Below, one piece after another: positions 14,180 to 18,752 of a DNA stretch of 18,752 nucleotides. Origin of the DNA: Candidatus Sericytochromatia bacterium (GTDB lineage Bacteria; Cyanobacteriota; Sericytochromatia; UBA7694); NCBI GenBank assembly GCA_018780035.1, contig JADMKE010000003.1:1-18752 (forward strand), in the 5' to 3' direction. The position numbers and the translations under genes were made by a program. The notes below the pieces were generated by a model. It was not told the origin of the DNA, made no database searches, and saw nothing but the letters and a program-made list of their open reading frames with translations. Every line of letters starts with the position of its first letter. Positions within the stretch are counted from its first letter, which is position 1.

Positions 14180-16536
14180 GTGCGCTCCTTTGATTTGGAT
14201 AAAAGCAGGGAATAGAGTTGACCAAGGGCCAGCCCGCCATCGTTGGGGGGCACAAGCTGGGGCCAATAGACCTTAAACCCAGCTGTTTGAAGGCCTTCGC
14301 GGCAGAGTTGATGCAAGAGGGCATTTTGAAAACAGCCCCCCGTGAGCACAATCTCTGGGATCTCAAACTGGATCGCCATTTTTACCAGGGCCTGGGCCAA
14401 ACTCCAGTGGAATTGGTAGGCGATCTGGGCCTTGGGCCTTTGTTCTGCAAGGGCCTGAAGCAGATCTGTGAGCAAGTCCGACGTGGGAAAGTAGAACAGG
14501 CCCCCTTTTTCGCGCAGGGCATAGTCAACCCCTGGGGTGGGGTGGACTTTTTCAGCCAAATACTCCAAAGCCATGGCGGCTTGGCCTTCAAAACTGCTGA
14601 AATGGCAGAGATCCAACAGCGACGCCACGGCATCAAAGAGCCGGCCCACACTGGAGGTCTGCAGGCAATTGAGATCTTGTTTGAGGGCTTGGTTTAAGAG
14701 CTTTTTTTCTTGCGAAGTCAGCGCGTTTAACGGGGCCAAGTCACTTTGCCAAAATGTTTCATCCAGTGTTTCATCCAGTGTTTCAGCCCATTTTTGCCAG
14801 AGCCAGCCATGGGCCTGATAAGCCGGTTTGCGCAGGGCACTTTCTCCCCCTGCGAAGCGCAGGGGTTCAATGCTGCCTCGGCGCAAATAACGGCCTCCGG
14901 GGGAGATTTCCAAAGCCTCTCCACCCCAGAGCTGGCCGTCGTCACCCAGCCCCAGGCCATCCCAAGCGAAGCCCAAGACCGGGCCCTGCAATTGGTGCTC
15001 TGCCATACAGGCCAAGACATGGGCGTGGTGGTGTTGCACAGGCCAAACCCGAATGCCCATTTTTTCTGCAGCCACACTTGAATAATAATCCGGATGGCTG
15101 TCTCGGGCCACGGCTTGGGGAGCCCATTGGTAAAGGGCTTGAAAATGGGCCAGGCTGGATTCAAACAGCGCGATACTCAAATCCTGATCCAGATCCCCCA
15201 GATGGGGACTGAGCAAGGCCTGGGGTCGGCCCGCTTGGGCAAAGGCCAAGCTGTTTTTTAAATGCCCGCCCACAGCCACGAGGTCGTGCTCAGGGGGCTG
15301 TGCAAGCGGAATCGGCAGCGGGGCAAAGCCGCGTGCCCGGCGCAAGACAACGGGCTTGCCGGCATAAAAGCGCAAAACGGAATCGTCAACGGGCCTGAGA
15401 ATGTCGCGATTGTGGCTCAAAAAAACATCGGCAATGCTGCCCAAGCGCTCAGGGGCCTCGGGATCGCGCCAAACCAAAGGCTCTTGTGAGCGATTGCCAC
15501 TGGTGGCCACCAACGGGCGCATGAGGGCCTGGGTTAACAGCCGGTGCAAAGGGGTGGTGGGCAACATCACGCCCAAAAGGGAATTGCCCGGCTGGGTGAT
15601 CGCATCGGCCAATGGCCCACCCGCTTTGCGGCGCAGAAGTAATATCGGGGCGGCGGGAGATTGCAGCATATCCGCTTCGGCCTCGGAAAGAAAACACAGC
15701 GCTTGGATACTTTGCAAATCGGGCAGCATCAGCGCCAACGGTTTGTCTGGGCGATTTTTGCGCCTGCGCAGCTCCAAGACCGTGGCCTGAGCGCTGGCAT
15801 CACAGACCAACTGATAGCCCCCGAGGCCTTTGAGTGCCAGGATTTTCCCCTGTTTAAGCGCTTGAATGGCTGCTTGCAAAGCCGCCTGGCCGCTGAGGGG
15901 CGGGGCCTTAAATTCACTTGGGCGGCTGTGCTCACTTAGCGTGGATTCAAATAAGGTGGATTCAAAAAAGACCAATTCGGGGCCACAATCGCCACAGGCG
16001 TTGGGCTGGGCATGAAAGCGGCGATCGCGGGGATCACGGTATTCACTTAAACAGGCCGGGCACATCTCAAAGGCTGCCATGCTGGTCTTGGGCCGATCGT
16101 AAGGCAAACCCGCAATGATCGAATAGCGGGGGCCACAATTTGTGCAATTGGTAAAGGCATAGCCAAAGCGCCGATTCTGGGGGTCGTCCATATCGGCGCT
16201 GCAGGCTGGGCAAATGGCCAAATCTGGCAGCACCACGGCTTGGCAGTCCCCAGTTAAGACACTCGGGCGAATCTCAAAGCCCTGCCAATCCTGAGCAGGC
16301 AACTCTTCCAGGTCAAAATTCTGGTAAGTCACCAAAGCGGGTTTTTCACTCTGGAGTGCCTGCAAAAAGGCCGCGACCGTGTGGGCGGGCCCTTCGGCGC
16401 AGATCTCAACCCCCTGGGGGGAATTGAAGACATAGCCGTTTAAGCCCTTTTGCAGGGCCAGATTGTAGACAAAAGGCCGAAAGCCTACACCTTGGACGCA
16501 TCCCTGGACGCGGAGGCGGATCGATCTTGTTTGCAT
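14170..16536 (-). CDS. hypF: Carbamoyltransferase HypF (acylphosphatase, two Zn-fingers, YrdC-like and Kae1-like domains).
   Basis: Acylphosphatase N-terminus is IRLRVQGCVQGVGFRPFVYNLA. The two CxxC-x18-CxxC fingers are CPACSADMDDPQNRRFGYAFTNCTNCGPRYSI and CPACLSEYRDPRDRRFHAQPNACGDCGP. Start is ATG 16534-16536 with GGAAGAAGA SD; the ORF track starts at TTG 16554. The 5' end overlaps the ppsA 3' end by about 52 nt. Confidence 0.92.
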   Translation of the reverse strand: MQTRSIRLRVQGCVQGVGFRPFVYNLALQKGLNGYVFNSPQGVEICAEGPAHTVAAFLQALQSEKPALVTYQNFDLEELPAQDWQGFEIRPSVLTGDCQAVVLPDLAICPACSADMDDPQNRRFGYAFTNCTNCGPRYSIIAGLPYDRPKTSMAAFEMCPACLSEYRDPRDRRFHAQPNACGDCGPELVFFESTLFESTLSEHSRPSEFKAPPLSGQAALQAAIQALKQGKILALKGLGGYQLVCDASAQATVLELRRRKNRPDKPLALMLPDLQSIQALCFLSEAEADMLQSPAAPILLLRRKAGGPLADAITQPGNSLLGVMLPTTPLHRLLTQALMRPLVATSGNRSQEPLVWRDPEAPERLGSIADVFLSHNRDILRPVDDSVLRFYAGKPVVLRRARGFAPLPIPLAQPPEHDLVAVGGHLKNSLAFAQAGRPQALLSPHLGDLDQDLSIALFESSLAHFQALYQWAPQAVARDSHPDYYSSVAAEKMGIRVWPVQHHHAHVLACMAEHQLQGPVLGFAWDGLGLGDDGQLWGGEALEISPGGRYLRRGSIEPLRFAGGESALRKPAYQAHGWLWQKWAETLDETLDETFWQSDLAPLNALTSQEKKLLNQALKQDLNCLQTSSVGRLFDAVASLLDLCHFSSFEGQAAMALEYLAEKVHPTPGVDYALREKGGLFYFPTSDLLTDLLQALAEQRPKAQIAYQFHWSLAQALVKMAIQFEIPEIVLTGGCFQNALLHQLCREGLQTAGFKVYWPQLVPPNDGGLALGQLYSLLLSKSKERTCV
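14755..14790. repeat. In-frame 12-bp tandem micro-duplication inside hypF: TGTTTCATCCAG x2 plus a degenerate third copy, encoding ETLD-ETLD-ET.
   Basis: tgtttcatccag at 14755-14766 and 14767-14778, then tgtttcagccca at 14779-14790. The protein reads AETLDETLDETFWQ. Confidence 0.8.
15941..15970. repeat. In-frame 15-bp tandem duplication inside hypF, encoding TLFES-TLFES.
   Basis: gtggattcaaataag at 15941-15955 and gtggattcaaaaaag at 15956-15970, with one mismatch. The protein reads FFESTLFESTLSEH. Confidence 0.8.
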
Positions 16537-18752
16537 TCTTCTTCCGCTTTGCAAATATTCTGAATGCCTTTTAAGAGGGCATCGGGATTAAACGAGATAC
16601 TGTTGATTCCCGCTTTGACCAAAAAGGCGGCAAAATCAGGGTGATCACTGGGCGCTTGCCCACACAGCCCTATTTTAGTCCCTTTTGCGTTCGCTGTGGC
16701 AATGGCCTGAGAAATCATTTTTGTCACGGCGGGGTTTAATTCCGAAAAAGAGTCCATCATGATCTCTGAATCGCGGTCCACGCCCAAAGTGAGTTGGGTC
16801 AGGTCATTGGAGCCAATCGAAAAACCATCAAAAATCTCTGCAAATTCTTCCGCCAGAATCACATTGCTGGGAATTTCACACATCACATAGATCTCCAGGC
16901 CATTTTCGCCCCGTTTAAGCCCACAGGCCTCCATGGTCAAGAGCACCCGGCGGCCCTCTTCGAGGGTGCGGCAGAAGGGGATCATCAGCTTGACATTCGT
17001 CAGCCCCATTTCCTCACGGACCCGTTTCATGGCCTCACACTCCAAGGCAAAGCCCGCCCGGTAGCGGGGGTGGTAATAGCGAGAGGCACCGCGAAAGCCA
17101 ATCATGGGATTTTCTTCGTGGGGTTCAAACTCCCGACCCCCAATCAAATTGGCGTATTCATTGGATTTAAAATCGCTCATACGCACAATTACATCGTGGG
17201 GGTAAAAGGCTGCTGCAATCGTGGCCACCGCCTCCGAGAGTTTTTCGACAAAATACGCACTTTTATTGGGGTAGTCTGCCGTCAGCTTTTCAATTTGTGC
17301 TTTGGCTTCTGCGTCTGCCAAATTGGGGTAATTGACCAGGGCCATGGGGTGAATTTGAATGCTGTTGTTGATCACAAATTCCAAGCGCATCAGCCCCACG
17401 CCGCGATTGGGCAAAAAGGCCAATTTAAACGCCTGTTCGGGGTCTGCCAAAATTAACATCACATCGGTTTTTTCTGGCAATTGCACGCCTGCGGTGTCGA
17501 TCACCTGTTCCTCCCAGTCCAGCAGGCCTTCGTAGACCTGGCCCACCGTGCCATCGATACACGAAACGGTCACCGTCTGGCCATCGCGGATTTTGCGTGT
17601 GCCATTGCCGGTGCCGACCACGGCCACAGCGCCGGTTTCGCGGGCCACAATCGCGGCATGACTGGTGCGACCGCCTTTGTCGGTCACGATCGCCGCCACT
17701 TTTTTTAAGATCGGGTCCCAGTCGGGGTTGGTAATTTCGGTGATCAGCACATCCCCTGTTTGAATTTTGTCGATTTCATCGGGCGATTTGAGCACCCGTG
17801 CGCGCCCCGAGGCAATGCGATCGCCGATGTTTTTGCCCGTGACCAAAACTGAACTTTTGCTTTTAAGTGTGTAACTGTGGTAGCGATAGGCTTGGCGGTG
17901 CCCACTGTGAACGGTTTCGGGCCGGGCCTGGACAATAAACAACTCCCCGCTCAGACCGTCTTTGGCCCATTCAATGTCCATCGGCTTTTGGTAATGGTCT
18001 TCAATCTTTTGGCACCACTGGGCCAATTGAATCACTTCAGCAGGGCTGAGCACCCATTTGGCTTGTAAATGTTCGGGTGTGGTGAGATTGACGATGGTGT
18101 GGCTCACCCCCACACTGTGACGGTGGCTGTGGGGGGCGTCTTCGGCATAGACCAGGGTTTGGTTCTTTGACCCCAGTTTTTTACTGATCATGGCGTTTTT
18201 ACCCTGCTTTAGCGCGGGTTTAAAGACATAAAATTCATCGGGGTTGACGTTGCCCTGCACGACATTTTCACCGAGGCCCCAAGCGCCCGTGATCAAAATT
18301 ATATTTTCAAAACCCGTTTCGGGATCGAGGGTAAAACAGACCCCCGCACAGGCTTTGTCGGAGCGCACCATTTTTTGGACCCCCAGCGAGAGGGCCACCT
18401 TCATATGGTCAAAGCCATTGTCTTCGCGGTATTTGATCGCCCGATCGGTAAACAGCGACGCATAACAATTGAGACAGGCTTCAAACAGTTCTTGTTCATT
18501 GCGGATATTTAAATACGATTCCTGTTGGCCGGCAAAACTGGCCTCGGGCAAGTCTTCAGCGGTGGCAGAGGAACGCACCGCCACCTCCAATCTGCCACCA
18601 GATTCGATACTGAGCTGGACATACGCAGAGAGAATTTCTGCCTTGAGATCTTCGGGCAGAACCGCGTGTAAGATCATTGAACGGGCTTGGCTGCCCACAG
18701 CATGTAAATTGCTGAATTGGCTCCGATCGAGGGTCTGTAACAAGACTTTCAG
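16485..18752 (-). CDS. ppsA: Phosphoenolpyruvate synthase (PEP synthase, pyruvate:water dikinase), 5'-truncated by the window edge with about 60 N-terminal aa missing.
   Basis: Collinear with E. coli PpsA: AVRSSATAEDLPEASFAGQQESYLN, a phosphohistidine-domain region, and the PEP-utilising C-terminal TIM-barrel motif (SNDLTQLTLGVDRDS). The reading frame is open to position 18752. It carries a short Cys/charged C-terminal extension that overlaps the hypF start. Confidence 0.92.
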   Translation of the reverse strand: MKVLLQTLDRSQFSNLHAVGSQARSMILHAVLPEDLKAEILSAYVQLSIESGGRLEVAVRSSATAEDLPEASFAGQQESYLNIRNEQELFEACLNCYASLFTDRAIKYREDNGFDHMKVALSLGVQKMVRSDKACAGVCFTLDPETGFENIILITGAWGLGENVVQGNVNPDEFYVFKPALKQGKNAMISKKLGSKNQTLVYAEDAPHSHRHSVGVSHTIVNLTTPEHLQAKWVLSPAEVIQLAQWCQKIEDHYQKPMDIEWAKDGLSGELFIVQARPETVHSGHRQAYRYHSYTLKSKSSVLVTGKNIGDRIASGRARVLKSPDEIDKIQTGDVLITEITNPDWDPILKKVAAIVTDKGGRTSHAAIVARETGAVAVVGTGNGTRKIRDGQTVTVSCIDGTVGQVYEGLLDWEEQVIDTAGVQLPEKTDVMLILADPEQAFKLAFLPNRGVGLMRLEFVINNSIQIHPMALVNYPNLADAEAKAQIEKLTADYPNKSAYFVEKLSEAVATIAAAFYPHDVIVRMSDFKSNEYANLIGGREFEPHEENPMIGFRGASRYYHPRYRAGFALECEAMKRVREEMGLTNVKLMIPFCRTLEEGRRVLLTMEACGLKRGENGLEIYVMCEIPSNVILAEEFAEIFDGFSIGSNDLTQLTLGVDRDSEIMMDSFSELNPAVTKMISQAIATANAKGTKIGLCGQAPSDHPDFAAFLVKAGINSISFNPDALLKGIQNICKAEEECKQDRSASASRDASKV

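Noticed and set aside
16021-16028. GCGATCGC (cyanobacterial HIP1 palindrome)
   Set aside because: It occurs once in 18.7 kb, whereas HIP1-bearing cyanobacteria would show many copies. It is not taxonomically informative.
1-18752. CRISPR arrays, IS elements or transposases, integrases, rRNA/tRNA genes
   Set aside because: No repeat-spacer periodicity, terminal inverted repeats, transposase- or integrase-like ORFs or structured RNA signatures were seen. The window looks like core chromosome.

Overview
The window is an 18.75-kb bacterial chromosomal segment of roughly mid-50s % GC. It has no rRNA, tRNA, CRISPR or mobile-element signatures, and gene density is high throughout. There are two convergent gene blocks that meet at about 8.1 kb, plus one further gene at the left edge.

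Left block, + strand:
- A divergent pair at the left edge: a minus-strand secreted protein made of two tandem FlgF/FlgG-core-like modules (58..1206), and a plus-strand secreted metallo-beta-lactamase-fold hydrolase (1395..2243) with a probable intrinsic terminator.
- A three-gene ether-lipid (1-O-alkyl-glycerol-3-phosphate) cassette coupled by two ATGA start/stop overlaps. The genes are alkyl-DHAP synthase (AGPS, 2527..4395), a fatty-acyl-CoA reductase (FAR) plus HX4D glycerolipid acyltransferase fusion of the myxobacterial ElbD/MXAN_1675 type (4392..7070), and an extended SDR (7067..8104) that is a candidate acyl/alkyl-DHAP reductase.

Right block, - strand:
- ppsA, truncated by the window edge, followed by hypF-hypC-hypD-hypE. 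hypC/D/E are coupled by ATGA overlaps; hypF and hypC are 4 nt apart.
- A 143-bp AT-rich intergenic region holding six tandem 8-bp TTATAnnn units.
- A small ribbon-helix-helix-like protein with a lysine-rich disordered tail.
- A GNAT acetyltransferase.
- Two tandem paralogous DUF21-CBS-CorC/HlyC (CNNM-family) transporters whose 3' end overlaps the SDR gene convergently.

Most notable: the bacterial ether-lipid operon, the non-flagellar secreted FlgG-like tandem protein, the RHH-GNAT pair with its upstream TTATA array, and two in-frame micro-tandem duplications inside hypF. The taxon cannot be fixed from sequence alone; the ElbD-type fusion suggests a Myxococcota/deltaproteobacteria-like or uncultured lineage, but GC is far below Myxococcus.
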